Assembly (NCBI GenBank): GCA_945482995.1
Contig: CALYRM010000002.1
Span: 11,355 to 75,354 of the forward strand
Length of the DNA: 64,000 bases
Reading direction: 5' to 3'
Source: an uncultured Clostridia bacterium
GTDB lineage: Bacteria; Bacillota; Clostridia; Christensenellales; CAG-1252
The translations under genes were made by a program, and so were the position numbers. Positions 46,661 through 59,000 of this stretch are shown in pieces. The first letter of the stretch is position 1, and every line of letters begins with the position of its first letter. The notes below the pieces were generated by a model, which had not been told where the DNA came from, did not search any database, and saw only the letters and a program-made list of their open reading frames with translations.

Positions 46661-48049
46661 ATTGAGCCAAGCTCGAAGAGTAGCGGAATCGTTTTTAAAG
46701 ACTATTTCTTCTACGTCTTTTTCGGTAGCGATTTTGTTTTCAAAGAGGGTTGCGTATTCTTTAAGTCTATCGGTTAAGGTCGGTCCAATTATCGAATAAT
46801 AAGTTATCCACATAGTAGAACCTAAGGTGTATACGCAAGCGGAATAATCGTCCGACGTGAAGTCGTTGACACAACCTTTTATACTTAATCGTTTATTTTC
46901 AATAAGGCGGTTTTCAAGCTCTTTTAGTCCTCTTTGTCTAAACAGTTCAAACATCTTGCCGTTGCCGTTATCCAAATAGTAAAGCGCGGTGCTAAATTCC
47001 GCCAGGCTCTCGTCAAGCCATGGCGAATAGTATTCGTCACTGCCAACTTTCATAAACCACCACATATGAGCAATTTCATGAGCAATTACCTCTTCACGGC
47101 TTTGTTCTTTTAGCGAGTCGCTGACTACCACAACTTCAGAATATTCCATTCCGCCAAACGGGAAAGGGGCTAACACTAAGGATAAATTTTTGTGTCCGTA
47201 TTCCCCGAATAGTTTTTCAAATGTAGCTGTCGCTGTTTTCATTATTTCAATTTCGTCAAAAGGCGTGGAATCCTTTTGATAATAATACCTAAAATTTATT
47301 CCGTTTTCGGTACTTGAACGCATTGTGACGTTTTTTGAATACATTATGGCAAAATCACGCACATTGTTTGCTTGCAAGTGATAGGTATCAATCTTATTTT
47401 CGGTTGTTTTGTTTATTTCCTCGCCCGTATGGATAAGCACGTAGTTGTTTGATATGCTGACGCTGACGTTAAAAGATGAAGTATGCAAAAGCTCGCTTTC
47501 TCCAATTTTAGAGTATTCTCTTACCGAATATTCGCCATCGACTATCGGGCAAACATACGGATAAAAAGAACAAAGACTATAAAAAGAATTGTAATAGCCT
47601 AAGCGGTGTTTTAAATTGGCTAATTTAAGTTTATAACAAATTTTTATTCTTGTGTTTCTTCCATATTCCACGGGGGAATAAACGATTATTGAAGAATTTT
47701 CGCTATTAACCATATATTCGCAAATCTTTTCGTCTACCGAAATAGATTCAATATAGGTTTTGCCAAAATTGACTCCGTTTGGATATGTTTCTTCAATATA
47801 TTCTTCGTCCACTACGGCTTTTTGATAGGATATAGAATAACATTGTAAAATAATAAAATTGCTCGTGATATTAGAAGTATAGTCAATCGATACCGAGCAA
47901 TCGACGTTTTCTTCATCAATTTTAAGGCTAATGTCATATTTAGGATAGTAATCGACGATATCCTTTTTTTCGTTATCTTTACAGGCAAATAGGCAAAAAA
48001 TACAACAGCATAAATAGATAGGTATTAAAAATAATGAAAATTCTTTCAT
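46628..48049 (-). CDS. M1-family (gluzincin) metallopeptidase lipoprotein
   Basis: HEIAHMWWF and WLDESLAEF motifs. Lipobox CLFAC. The last ~10 codons lie in a repeat module. Confidence 0.8.
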   Translation of the reverse strand: MKEFSLFLIPIYLCCCIFCLFACKDNEKKDIVDYYPKYDISLKIDEENVDCSVSIDYTSNITSNFIILQCYSISYQKAVVDEEYIEETYPNGVNFGKTYIESISVDEKICEYMVNSENSSIIVYSPVEYGRNTRIKICYKLKLANLKHRLGYYNSFYSLCSFYPYVCPIVDGEYSVREYSKIGESELLHTSSFNVSVSISNNYVLIHTGEEINKTTENKIDTYHLQANNVRDFAIMYSKNVTMRSSTENGINFRYYYQKDSTPFDEIEIMKTATATFEKLFGEYGHKNLSLVLAPFPFGGMEYSEVVVVSDSLKEQSREEVIAHEIAHMWWFMKVGSDEYYSPWLDESLAEFSTALYYLDNGNGKMFELFRQRGLKELENRLIENKRLSIKGCVNDFTSDDYSACVYTLGSTMWITYYSIIGPTLTDRLKEYATLFENKIATEKDVEEIVFKNDSATLRAWLNGEVTAVGLSS

Positions 48050-48169
48050 AAAAATATTTATGCCGTTGGTTGATGATTAATTCGTCATATATTGCAAATT
48101 ACACATTAGAATAAGGTTCTTTTTTTTAAACGCTTGATATTCATTCACAAAAAAATTACACCCCATTTT

Positions 48170-48262
48170 GGAGATTCCTCGACTGCGCTCGGAATGACAT
48201 TTCCGCAGCGGAATGACATTTCCACGACGGGATGAAATTTCCACGGCAGGATGACGAAAAAA
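48170..48262. repeat. short array of repeat modules
   Basis: ggagattcctcgactgcgctcggaatgacatttccgcagcggaatgacatttccacgacgggatgaaatttccacggcaggatgac. Confidence 0.75.
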
Positions 48263-48361
48263 GTCGTAAAAATGAATTTTTACCTAATTTTTCTCAAGTA
48301 TGTTGACATTGATTTGAATAAAATCTATCATAATAGTATATCGTAAAGGAGGAGTGTATTT

Positions 48362-48943
48362 ATGGAGTTTTGGACAGACTTTTCTTTGCTTGCAAAAATA
48401 CTGTTTTGCACAGGATTAGCTTCTACTGCTGTTCTTTTAATCCAAATTATACTTTTGATTATCGGTTTTGCCGCAGGTTCATTTGATGTGGACGGCGTAG
48501 ATACAGATTTTGACGGCGATGTTTCTGCTGACGATCTTAGTGGTTCGGGAGTAGGTTGGTTTACCGTCAAGGGGTTGGTTGCGTTCTTCTCAATCGGCAG
48601 CTGGACGGGCTTTGCAATGGACGTATCGGGTTGTCACGAAGCATTGACAATTTGTATTTCTATATTGACGGGTGTTATTGCTCTTGTTTGCGTTGGCTTA
48701 TTGTATAGAGCAATGAACAAGCTTCAATCAAATGGTATTTTGAATTTAAAGAATGCTATAGGCAAGGAAGCCGAGGTTTATTTGACAATACCTGCAAATA
48801 ATTCGGGTGTAGGCAAGGTTACTCTTGAGATACAAGATAGACTAATCGAGGCTAATGCACGCACAAACAAAGAGTCTTCTATACCTACAGGAAGTACGGT
48901 AAAAGTAATATCCGTTTCAAACGGCGAACTAATAGTTGAATAA
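48362..48943 (+). CDS. NfeD/YqiJ-like membrane protein
   Basis: TM segments plus a C-terminal OB-fold-like GKEAEVYLTIP...GKVTLEIQDRLIEANA; immediately upstream of flotillin. Confidence 0.7.
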   Translation: MEFWTDFSLLAKILFCTGLASTAVLLIQIILLIIGFAAGSFDVDGVDTDFDGDVSADDLSGSGVGWFTVKGLVAFFSIGSWTGFAMDVSGCHEALTICISILTGVIALVCVGLLYRAMNKLQSNGILNLKNAIGKEAEVYLTIPANNSGVGKVTLEIQDRLIEANARTNKESSIPTGSTVKVISVSNGELIVE

Positions 48944-48962
48944 TTTTTAGGAGGAATTATAA

Positions 48963-50387
48963 ATGGCTAATCTTATATTATCTATATCGGGTGGAGCTAT
49001 TGCCGGTATTATTGTCGCAATCGTTCTTATTTTAACATCAATTATTTTGATGTTCCTCACCAGATATAAAAAGTGTCCTTCCGACAAAATCATGGTTATC
49101 TATGGTAAAATCGGTAAGAACAGCGACGGTACGTCTAGAAGTGCTAAGTGTATACACGGTGGCGCTGCATTCGTTATTCCCGTCATTCAAGCACACGCAT
49201 TTTTGGATTTGACGCCTATCTCAATTAGTGTTGACCTTAAAAATGCACTTTCAAAACAAAATATCAGAGTTGACGTTCCAAGTAGATTCACCGTCGGTAT
49301 TTCAACCGAATCGGGCGTAATGCAAAACGCAGCCGAAAGACTTTTGGGACTTTCTCTTAGCGAAATCCAAGAATTGGCTAAGGATATCATCTTAGGACAA
49401 CTTCGTTTGGTTATCGCTACAATGGAAATCGAGGAAATCAACAACGACAGAGATAAATTTCTTGAAGCTGTTTCAAGAAACGTTGAATCTGAATTGAAGA
49501 AAATCGGTTTAAGACTTATCAACGTTAACGTAACCGATATTAGCGATGAATCGGGCTACATCAGCGCTTTGGGTAAAGAAGCTGCTGCGAAGGCAATTAA
49601 CGCTGCTAAAATTTCTGTTGCCGAGGCGGACAAAGAGGGTTCTATCGGTGCGGCAAACGCATTGAAAGAACAAAGAATCAACGTATCCCAAGCCGAAGCT
49701 GACGCAATCAAGGGTGAAAATGAAGCAAAAGCCGAAATCGCAAACGCTCAAGCAACCTTGAGAGAAAAGGAAGCAGAAGCAACAAAGATTGCAACCGTTG
49801 CAGAAAAGACAAAGAACGCAGAAGCGTTAGAGGCATCATATTCAGCAGAGAAACTTGCTGAAACCGCAAGAGCCGATCGTGAACAAGCTACTTTGGTTGC
49901 CGACGTAATTGTTAAAACCGACATCGAGAAGAGACGCAAGGAAATTGAAGCTGAAGCCGAGGCTGAGCAAATCCGTAGACGTGCAAAGGGTGAAGCTGAC
50001 GCCATCTACGCTAAATTAGAAGCTCAAGCTCGTGGTATTAAAGCAATGTTGGATAACCAAGCACAAGGTTATGCTGAAATCGTAAAGGCAGCCGGTGGCG
50101 ACGCTAATGCGGCTATGAGATTGATGATTACTGACAAAATGGAAAATCTTGTTAAAGCACAAGTTGAAGCTATCAAGAATGTTAAGATTGACAAGATTAC
50201 AGTTTGGGATTCAGGCAACAACTCCGACGGTAAAACCTCAACCGCTAACTTTTTGTCGGGTTTAATGAAGAGCTTACCGCCACTTACAGATTTATTCGAT
50301 ATGGCAGGATTGCAATTACCCGAAATACTTAACACTGAAAAGAAAACCGAAGCTGTCGACACGTCAGACGAAGCAACGGCAAAATAG
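48963..50387 (+). CDS. floT: flotillin (SPFH domain) protein
   Basis: N-terminal TM, SPFH core, and a long Ala/Glu-rich coiled region (EAEAEAEQIRRRAKGEADA). Confidence 0.85.
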   Translation: MANLILSISGGAIAGIIVAIVLILTSIILMFLTRYKKCPSDKIMVIYGKIGKNSDGTSRSAKCIHGGAAFVIPVIQAHAFLDLTPISISVDLKNALSKQNIRVDVPSRFTVGISTESGVMQNAAERLLGLSLSEIQELAKDIILGQLRLVIATMEIEEINNDRDKFLEAVSRNVESELKKIGLRLINVNVTDISDESGYISALGKEAAAKAINAAKISVAEADKEGSIGAANALKEQRINVSQAEADAIKGENEAKAEIANAQATLREKEAEATKIATVAEKTKNAEALEASYSAEKLAETARADREQATLVADVIVKTDIEKRRKEIEAEAEAEQIRRRAKGEADAIYAKLEAQARGIKAMLDNQAQGYAEIVKAAGGDANAAMRLMITDKMENLVKAQVEAIKNVKIDKITVWDSGNNSDGKTSTANFLSGLMKSLPPLTDLFDMAGLQLPEILNTEKKTEAVDTSDEATAK

Positions 50388-50401
50388 TTTATAGACTAAA
50401 C

Positions 50402-50434
50402 AAAAAAAATTCCGCTAGATAGCGGATTTTTTTT
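50402..50434. terminator. bidirectional intrinsic terminator
   Basis: aaaaaaaattccgct-agat-agcggatttttttt. Confidence 0.7.
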
Positions 50435-50493
50435 ATTTACTTAATCATGTGTGTAACGTTTAGTTTTGAATAATTTCTAATCTAAAACTTTAT

Positions 50494-51018
50494 TTATATC
50501 CCAAACTTACCATTTAAAGGATCTTTAAATATACATATATGGGGTGGAAAAAAGGTGAATAAGACAAATAAAACGGCTATTACGCATAAAGCGATAAAAG
50601 GGAAGAGTTGTCCATTAAATTTGGTTTTTGGATATTTTAATTGTTTTGCTTCATATAAGAACGCTACGCCTAACGCTGTAAAGAATATCAATATATTTAT
50701 CCAACCGGGTGGCGTCCCGATTACTCCGCCGTACGTATAAAACAAAACGGGAATTAACGCTAATGCTATAAGCGTTCCTTTAAGCTTTACTAACCAAAAA
50801 TTACCATAGTTTTTAAAGAAAAAACTTTCAATTATTGCAAACAAGAACATAGGATAAAAAGCAAGTTTCATATGTTCCCATGTCGATTCATTTACCGCGG
50901 AAAATCCTGCAACCCACACTGAACTGTTAGTCCACTCGTAAATATAATGCAGTAGAGATCCTGCTAAAGCGGTTACTCCAAATCCAATCATTTGCCATAG
51001 CACAATTGACCTTTTCAT
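50494..51018 (-). CDS. small polytopic membrane protein (DUF6512-like by pattern)
   Basis: Five TM segments; LLHYIYEW...AVNESTWEHMKL motif. Confidence 0.5.
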   Translation of the reverse strand: MKRSIVLWQMIGFGVTALAGSLLHYIYEWTNSSVWVAGFSAVNESTWEHMKLAFYPMFLFAIIESFFFKNYGNFWLVKLKGTLIALALIPVLFYTYGGVIGTPPGWINILIFFTALGVAFLYEAKQLKYPKTKFNGQLFPFIALCVIAVLFVLFTFFPPHICIFKDPLNGKFGI

Positions 51019-51330
51019 ATTTCACCTCAAAATATTCTTTTCAATATGAATTTTATTCCCATAATTTTGTTTCTATACCATTAAAAAATATGGCTCTACT
51101 TCGGTAGAAATAACGGTAAGGTGCGAGCCTTACTTTATGCTTATTTGTGGATTTCATTAAACCTTGCGACTTAATTATTCAATTTAATGTGGATTAGATT
51201 TTTCGACGTCGCTCATTCTTGACGTAATAAATGGAGTATGTAGATAACGAAAATTGTAAATATTTTGCATATTTGGGGAAATTTACAATAAAACTTTTTG
51301 TAATTATGTGGAAATGCTACTAAAAAAATA

Positions 51331-51359
51331 TTGTATTTTATGTATTTTTATGATATAAT
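51331..51359 (+). promoter_or_regulatory. SigA-type promoter with an extended -10
   Basis: TTGTAT, a 17-nt spacer, then TATAAT preceded by TG. Confidence 0.5.
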
Positions 51360-51394
51360 TAAGCATGGAAGAAACCATATACGGGAGTTAAATT

Positions 51395-52723
51395 ATGGTA
51401 TTTAAGCGCAAAATCTATGACAAACTATTAGACTGGAAAGCTAATTGGGCAGGGGAAAGAGCTTTACTTATTCAAGGCGCAAGACGAATCGGCAAATCAA
51501 CCATTGTCGAAGAGTTTGCAAAAAATGAGTATGACACCTATATCCTTATTAATTTTCAAACGGATTTAAGCAAGGTAGAAGAACTTTTTAAAAATGATAT
51601 TTCCGAGCTTGATACATTCTTTCGTAACTTATCTCTTATATACGGAAAAAGGCTGATTGAAAGAAAATCTTTGATTATTTTTGACGAGGTTCAACTCTAC
51701 CCAACAGCTCGTCAATCGATAAAACAGCTTGTTGCGGATGGAAGATATGATTATATTGAAACAGGTTCGCTAATAACCCTAAAACAAAATGTTGAAAAGA
51801 TTCTTATTCCTAGCGAAGAAAAATCAATTAATATGTACCCTCTGGATTTTGAAGAATTTCTATGGGCAAAGGGTGATTTCGTTACCGCAGAGATTTTGCG
51901 TGATTGTTTTTCGAATCTAAAGCCACTAGGTCAGACTGCTCACCGCAAGGTTTTAAAGGATTATATGCTATATGTAGCTGTTGGGGGTATGCCTCAAGCT
52001 ATTGTCGAGCTACTTGAGACAAACGATTTTTCACGTGTTGACGAAGTAAAAAGAGATATATTAAGGTTATATAGAGACGATTTGAAAAAGCTTGACTCAA
52101 AATATAAGTTTTCGACATCGCTCATTCTTGACTCAATTCCGTCTGAATTATCAACTCAAAGTAAACTGTTTCGCTCGGTAGTTTTGGGAAAGAATAGCAG
52201 AGCCTCAAAGACTTACAGCTCTTACGAAGCAATAAAAGATTCAATGATTGTCAACATTGCAAACAACTGTACCGATCCGAGCGTAGGAATGAATAGGACA
52301 AAAGATTTTGTAAAACAAAAAATTTATATGGGTGATACGGGACTTTTGGTAACACAAATTTTTGCAGATTCAAAAGAACCGATAGAACAGTCTATTTACA
52401 AACAGTTGATAATCGATAAACTAGGTGTCAATATGGGTATGGTTATGGAAAATGCCGTTGCGCAAGCACTTGTTATGTCGGGTTATGAATTGTTTTTCCA
52501 TAAGTTTGATAGGTACGAAGTGGATTTTTTGCTTGCTTCGGGAAAGAAGCTATTGCCGATAGAAGTAAAATCCTCGTCGTACAGCTCTCATAAATCCTTA
52601 GACGAATTTCAGTCTAAATATTCCGACCGAATAAAATGCTCATATGTCATATACAGCAAGGATTTAAAAAGAGAAGGCAATATAACATATATACCTTTTT
52701 ATATGACTATGTTCTTACACTAA
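51395..52723 (+). CDS. AAA_14 + DUF4143-type ATPase
   Basis: LLIQGARRIGKST Walker A, IIFDEVQ Walker B, and a C-terminal restriction-endonuclease-like EVDFLL...PIEVKSS. Confidence 0.75.
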   Translation: MVFKRKIYDKLLDWKANWAGERALLIQGARRIGKSTIVEEFAKNEYDTYILINFQTDLSKVEELFKNDISELDTFFRNLSLIYGKRLIERKSLIIFDEVQLYPTARQSIKQLVADGRYDYIETGSLITLKQNVEKILIPSEEKSINMYPLDFEEFLWAKGDFVTAEILRDCFSNLKPLGQTAHRKVLKDYMLYVAVGGMPQAIVELLETNDFSRVDEVKRDILRLYRDDLKKLDSKYKFSTSLILDSIPSELSTQSKLFRSVVLGKNSRASKTYSSYEAIKDSMIVNIANNCTDPSVGMNRTKDFVKQKIYMGDTGLLVTQIFADSKEPIEQSIYKQLIIDKLGVNMGMVMENAVAQALVMSGYELFFHKFDRYEVDFLLASGKKLLPIEVKSSSYSSHKSLDEFQSKYSDRIKCSYVIYSKDLKREGNITYIPFYMTMFLH

Positions 52724-52794
52724 TGGCTAAAATGTGAGACTTTTTAGCCTAATTTGCAACGTTTAATTGTGGATTTTTTTCTTCATTTATCATT

Positions 52795-52895
52795 ATTTTT
52801 CGACTCCGTTACACTACGCTCCGAATGACATTTATAGGTTCATAATGACTTTTGCATTCAAGATGACAGCCCAATGGCTGTCACTTTTATATACG
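52795..52895. repeat. repeat modules including a GACAGC palindrome
   Basis: tttttcgactccgttacactacgctccgaatgac ... agatgacagcccaatggctgtcac. Confidence 0.7.
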
Positions 52896-52930
52896 GCTGT
52901 AACTTTTATATAATATTAATATATTCTTAG

Positions 52931-52959
52931 TTGCAATATTATTATTTTTGTTATATAAT
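52931..52959 (+). promoter_or_regulatory. SigA-type promoter for the giant gene
   Basis: TTGCAA, a 17-nt spacer, then TATAAT. Confidence 0.5.
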
Positions 52960-53030
52960 TAATATATCCCTTACTTTAGGTTTATGATTCATTAATTAGC
53001 CATGTTTGCGGATTTAAGGAGGATTAGATT

Positions 53031-56000
53031 ATGTCAAGAGTTAAAGAAGGAAGATCTAAAAGAATGCCTTGGTGCGTTTCCTGTCTTATTGCTTGTCTTG
53101 TAATTGTAGTAGTATTTGTTGTTGGAATAATTATTGCAGCAAACGTTACATTTAATAAATTTGTCAGTCCTATGATTGGCGGAATCAAATTGGGAGAATG
53201 CACTAAGCTTTTAACAGGCGCATTGAATTCTAATCGTGATAAAATAGTAACAAACGAATATACAGCTGATGATTTAGATGATTTTTATTTCACTCTAAAC
53301 TCAATGCTTTATCAAAAAGAATTGACCGACGAAGAATATCAGGCAAGATATGACGCTTTGTCGGAAGAAGAAAAAGCCGAATATCCAACTGTAGAAGCAT
53401 ACAAAGAAGCGCACCCTTATCGTATCGATATTGATTCGCTTATCTCTTCTATTAAATTAGACGAGTTGATTGGTGGAAAACAAGAGACACCCACTGATGG
53501 CGAAGTTAGCGCAGCAGGTGAAGATGAAAACAATTCTTCAAGCGGTGGTTCTAATGTCGATAACACCGATAATGAGCAACTACAAGAGTTATTTAAGCAG
53601 TTAGCTTTTGATTTTGGCGTATTAAAAAAATATCCATACACAAATACCGAAGAAGATTTATCCTACACCACATTCCAAATTACAGGCAACCAAATGGCAG
53701 CGGTTGTCAACGAAATTGCGTCTGTTGTGATGAAAAGCATTAATTTAGGAAACACAATGCCTGAATTAGAGGGCGTGGATTTTTCTAAATATGCAAGTGT
53801 TCCACAAATAACAGCAAGCGACGTACAATATGAAGATTCAAATGGAAACACACTAACCAAGCCGATGCTCAGTATCGTGGTAGAGTTAAAAACTCGAAAA
53901 CTTATCGAAGAAGCATTTGTACCAATGCTCGAAAAGCAAGGTGTTCCTAAGTTTGCGTTAAACGTTATAAAAATCTTATTGCCAAAGAATTTCTTTGTTT
54001 CACTTGAAACATATCCGACCGATAAGGACAGCGACGTAAATATTAAAATAAACAATATGAATGACAAAGCGTGCGAAAGCTTGAAAACTATTGTCAATTC
54101 CTTAGCGGAAAAGTTTAATTTCAGTTTATTCCCAAAGGATGGCGAGGGGCAACCTGACCAAGATGCAAGCACCGATCAAACACAAGAAAAAACAACTATT
54201 TTCAATGAAATCAACACAATGGTTGTCAACGTTTTCACAAAAATTAACGAGTTTGTTCCCGTTCAATTTGTAAGCAATGAACAAGGTAGTGTTTCACTTA
54301 GAGTTGCTCACATTCAAGGCTTACTTAAAGTCATGGGATTATTTGACGAAAACGACCTTGAAAACAGCGTTACACCGCATATGTTTTTGACAACTCTACG
54401 TTGTCTATTCGACGAGGCAACACCTGAAAACAACAAAGCGGAATTAGCCGATCTTTATACGCAGTTAGATGCTAAGTACGGAATCGATCAAAGCTATTGG
54501 AATGACAAGAGTCTATTAGACGCCGAAGCTTTGGAAAATATAACCGAAGCTATCAACATAACCGAGGTTGAATTTAAAACAAACGAGGATATGAGGGTAA
54601 ATTTAAAAGACGGCGAGCTTGCAACCCTTATTGACGAAGCTATTAAAAAGGGTACTTTTGGCAGTGGCAACGAAACACCTCTATCTATGGCAGGTGAAGG
54701 CGGAGATAATCAGCTACTTGATATGGTAAACTTTGAAGCCGTCAATATTAAGTACATAGAAAGCGTTAATCAAAACAATTATTCCTATATTGACGAGAGT
54801 GGCGTCGAAAGCGAAAAAATCAACGCCTTGATTAAAAAGTATACATTTAAAGCCACTGTAAGCGTATCCATTGCAGATTTATTAACGTCGCAAACAGGTG
54901 AGGGTGAAGAAGCAAGCGGTGTTCAACCTATCATAGATTCTTTAAAATCCGCTTTACCCGAAAAACTTTGTTTGGCGTTAGTTTTACATATCGACGACGT
55001 ATATAATACCCAAGACGGCAAATTATTCAATAGAGTTATCGCAGGCGTTGCAGGCGACACAACCTTTAAGATTAACAAGTTTGACGAAAACTACTCTTCA
55101 AAAGTTTTGGATATGATTCAAAAACTTGTAAATAAGTTCTCATCAAACGGCTCAGGCGAAACGCAAGAAACCGAAAATTCTACTTTCGATATTTCTTCCA
55201 TTTCTACTCAAATAAGCGACGCTCTATCAACCACGCTAAAACAATTAAAGGACAGCTTATATTGTGATTTATTGATTGAAGACAAATCACTTATACTACC
55301 TAGCGTTTACGAATTGGTATACGGAATGGGTAAAAAACAAGTAGAAATAAACGTAAATTTAACTGAGGACGATTTAATCTCTATTGCGGAAATCAAGGAT
55401 TTATTCGTTCAAGTTTACAACACCGACTTCTACATTGTAGAAAACGACGGCGTTACACCATCTAACCCCGAGGATTACGATAAAATTCTTTATAGATATA
55501 ATCAAGATGCAGGCGATACTTTCTTGAGTATATTATCAAGCAAATACTATATGTCATCACCAATTACAACCGACGAGATTTTAGGTGAAAAAGGGTTGAC
55601 TATATCAACCAATCGCTTGAACTTTAAGGGTGAAAACGGTCTCTATTACGACCAAACCACAACCGACTCTTTGGATGTATTCGTTTCCGGCGACGCTTTA
55701 GCTTCTCTTATTGCCAATAGCGGTAAACTTAATTCCTTAACTGAGACCGCCAATAACGATTTTATATCGAATTTGTCTATAATCACCGCCGAATTTGATT
55801 GGCAAGATAGCGAATTGTATTTGAATTTCGATTTTGAAGCAAACATTAATCCGTCCGTAAGCAGTGAAACCGAGGGTATAAATATAAGCGCCTTTATTCC
55901 GAACAATGCTTTCATTACCGCTAAAATCGCAATGAAAACCGATGATGAAGCTAATTTATACTCAACCGATTTATTACTTAATAACAGTTCGATAAACAAT

Positions 56001-59000
56001 CTCGTCAAACTTTTGAATCTATTTTCAAATGAAAAAATAGATAACTCTACAATTACAAACGAGATTAAAACTTCTATATCCGACGTATTCGATACAATTA
56101 ACGAAAACGTTAACTTAAAATACAACAATGCTAATGAGCAAGAGGCTTTGGCGTTTAAAAACATTTTCAACACCATAAACAAGCTCTCTCATAAAAATGA
56201 CTTAGAATATGTAAGCAGTGATGAGGATGACGAAAAATTGAGATCATTACTCAAAGAATTCGGCAGAGCTCCCAAGTTTACAACAAACGAAGAAAATGTT
56301 ATTAATAACGTTACCGATGTTCGTTATTTTTCTAATTCCGTAGACGATATCTATAAGATTTCCGACTCTGACAGTTTCTTTGAAGAATTAAACAAAAACT
56401 TTTATATTTCAGACGATAATCTTATCACCGTTGATAGCTTGTCGACCCTAACTACGGTTGACTCGGATTTTATCGATTTTAATAAACTTTATACCGACGT
56501 TAGAACCATTGACGAAATAGAAACAAAGCTCACGTCCAATAGGTTCACTTCCTTAGCAAACAAGCTTATGGGAACAGTTAATCTCGAAGATGGTATAGGC
56601 GAAGCTAAAATCATTCAATCGAGAATTAAAAACGACGGCGTAACCAAGTCTCTTGACGCTGTGGCTTACGTTACTTTCTCTGCGTTAGATCCGTCTGTTG
56701 TAGCATTACTTCCTTCTCACGTATTTATTACCGCTACCGTGGACTTAACTAGCGTTGATGAATTGGGGAACAAAACGTATCAAACCGATTTATTCATTAA
56801 CGACTTTACATCTGAAGAAACTAACGATTTATTCAATAGAATTTCATTGCTTGAATCTTCCTTGAGTCTTAACTTCAATATCTCATTAGATACACTTAAA
56901 ACAACTATAAGAGATGAAATTAAGGGTATTTTCGATGGCGACATGACTATGTTTGGCGAACCTGTAATCGAGAACGGATTTATTGATATTCCAAATATCT
57001 TCGATTATATCACCGGCGGTACGATTGAAGGCTCGGTTTACAATCAAAATAAACCGCTATTTGAGAAATCAAAGCTTTCTCTATCCGGCGACAACTACGG
57101 TATTAACGAGGACGGCAAAGCAGGATATTACGACAACGGAAACTTCATAGTTTTGGGCGACGCTCAAAAAGTGAACAATCTTTGGGGTTACTATGATGGT
57201 GAAAACTTTGTTACTATACAAACCACTCCCGAACAGTTAATGCACAACCTAAGAGTATTCGGCAATAAGCCTACAGAAGAAACGATTAAGATTACTTCGA
57301 CAGATACACTTGGCTATAGTATATTGGGATATAATAACACCGTTGAAACTAAATCATACCAAGCAGGTAAAAATATAACCGTTTATGGTAATATAGGTAT
57401 CAATCTACAAAACTTTGAAGACGGATTCTATTTCTACGATCAAGAAAAAGGCTACTACTTCGATACACAAGCGCATTTCTTCGATATGGTAAACACAAAT
57501 TACTATATTACGGGAGAGGGAAAAATAAACGCAAATACAGTCAATTCGGGTACGTTCGTTATTGGAAATGATCTCTTTAATTTCTATGAGTTATATAACG
57601 ATAAGAGAAGCTTTGAAGATACCAAAATCAAAGTAAACGGCAATACATTTGCAGCCTTAGCCGAAGAATTCTATGAAGGCGGAATAAAGCTTTCCGAAAC
57701 AAACTCGGCAAAAATTATTCAAATGCACCTTTACACCAAGGATAAAACCGAAAATTCCGATCACTTAATCGACAATTATTCAACCTTAAAGACGATTGTA
57801 AGAGTTAGCTTAACCGATTCTACCGATAAGTCGAATGTTCTCCCCGAATACTTGTATATGGTTTGTTACACCATAATCGATCCAGATGCAGGCACTCGAA
57901 GATTTGATTCGGAATTCATTATCAATAACTTTGGCTTCGATTATGTTGACGTTAAAGATTATTCGGGCATTTACGGACAAATTGAAGAAACTCAAAACTT
58001 TATAGATAGACTTAATACCCTAAAGGAATCATTTGGTTTAACGTTTACTTTCGAATTGTCCGATATCAAGAATACAATCAAAGAAACCTTTAGAAGTATT
58101 TTTGAAGATAAACTTTCGACTTTCGGCGATATTAAGTATGAAAACGATTCGTTTATCGTTCCTAATATTTTCCAATACTTAACCGACGGTCAATTAGTCG
58201 GTAGCAGTGAAAGTTTGAACTACGACACTACAATAAAAATGAAGGAATTTGACGGTATTACTCTAACCGAACCCGAGGTATTAAGAAACAGACTTCAAGA
58301 ATTAGGTACAGGAGTTAAGTATACCGAATCGATAACCGCTTGGAATGGTGATATCTACAATGATAACCGCTTCACTGAAAGTGATTTAGACAACTTCTTT
58401 ACCGATATGCAAGCTTATTATTTCTTGAATAAAAAGCCAACGTCGGATAACCTAATGGGCGGTAGCTTCTTTACCGATTTAACAGGCGAAAGTTTTGAAC
58501 AAACTTTCAACTTAAAAGGCTTAACTACAAGCGAAATTGGTATTAGAGGCGAATACATTTCAAAGGGCTTATTTAACTATACGGGATCTCAACAATCGCT
58601 AAAACTATCCGACAAGGCATTAGCAGGCTTAATCAACTCTCAAAACGCTATTAATATTGATAGTATCGGTAGCGTAGGCAGTGTGAAAATAACCTCTATC
58701 AAGCTCGAGTACATAAGCGAAAGCTCGATAAGTATCGAGATTACAATCAAGGTTACAACACAAGAACAGGCTGGTAAAGTAAACGCAATGCCTGAGGTGT
58801 TCTATTTGACGACAAAAACTACAAGAAACGTTTTATCGGGAGTTCCTTCTTATAGTACAACTATTGCAGTCAACGCATTCAACCCTGAAGAATTGGATAA
58901 CCTATTGGCTAACCTCAACCATATCGAAGAAAATACAAGTTTCGGTATCAAAAACAATCTTGATACGGAGTCATTAAAAACTTCGGTAGAGAACGCTATA

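Noticed and set aside
49187-50362. Minus-strand ORFs antisense to the flotillin gene
   Set aside because: They are products of the Ala/Glu-rich GCN/GAR codon periodicity of the flotillin coiled region. All are nested in the well-supported plus-strand CDS.
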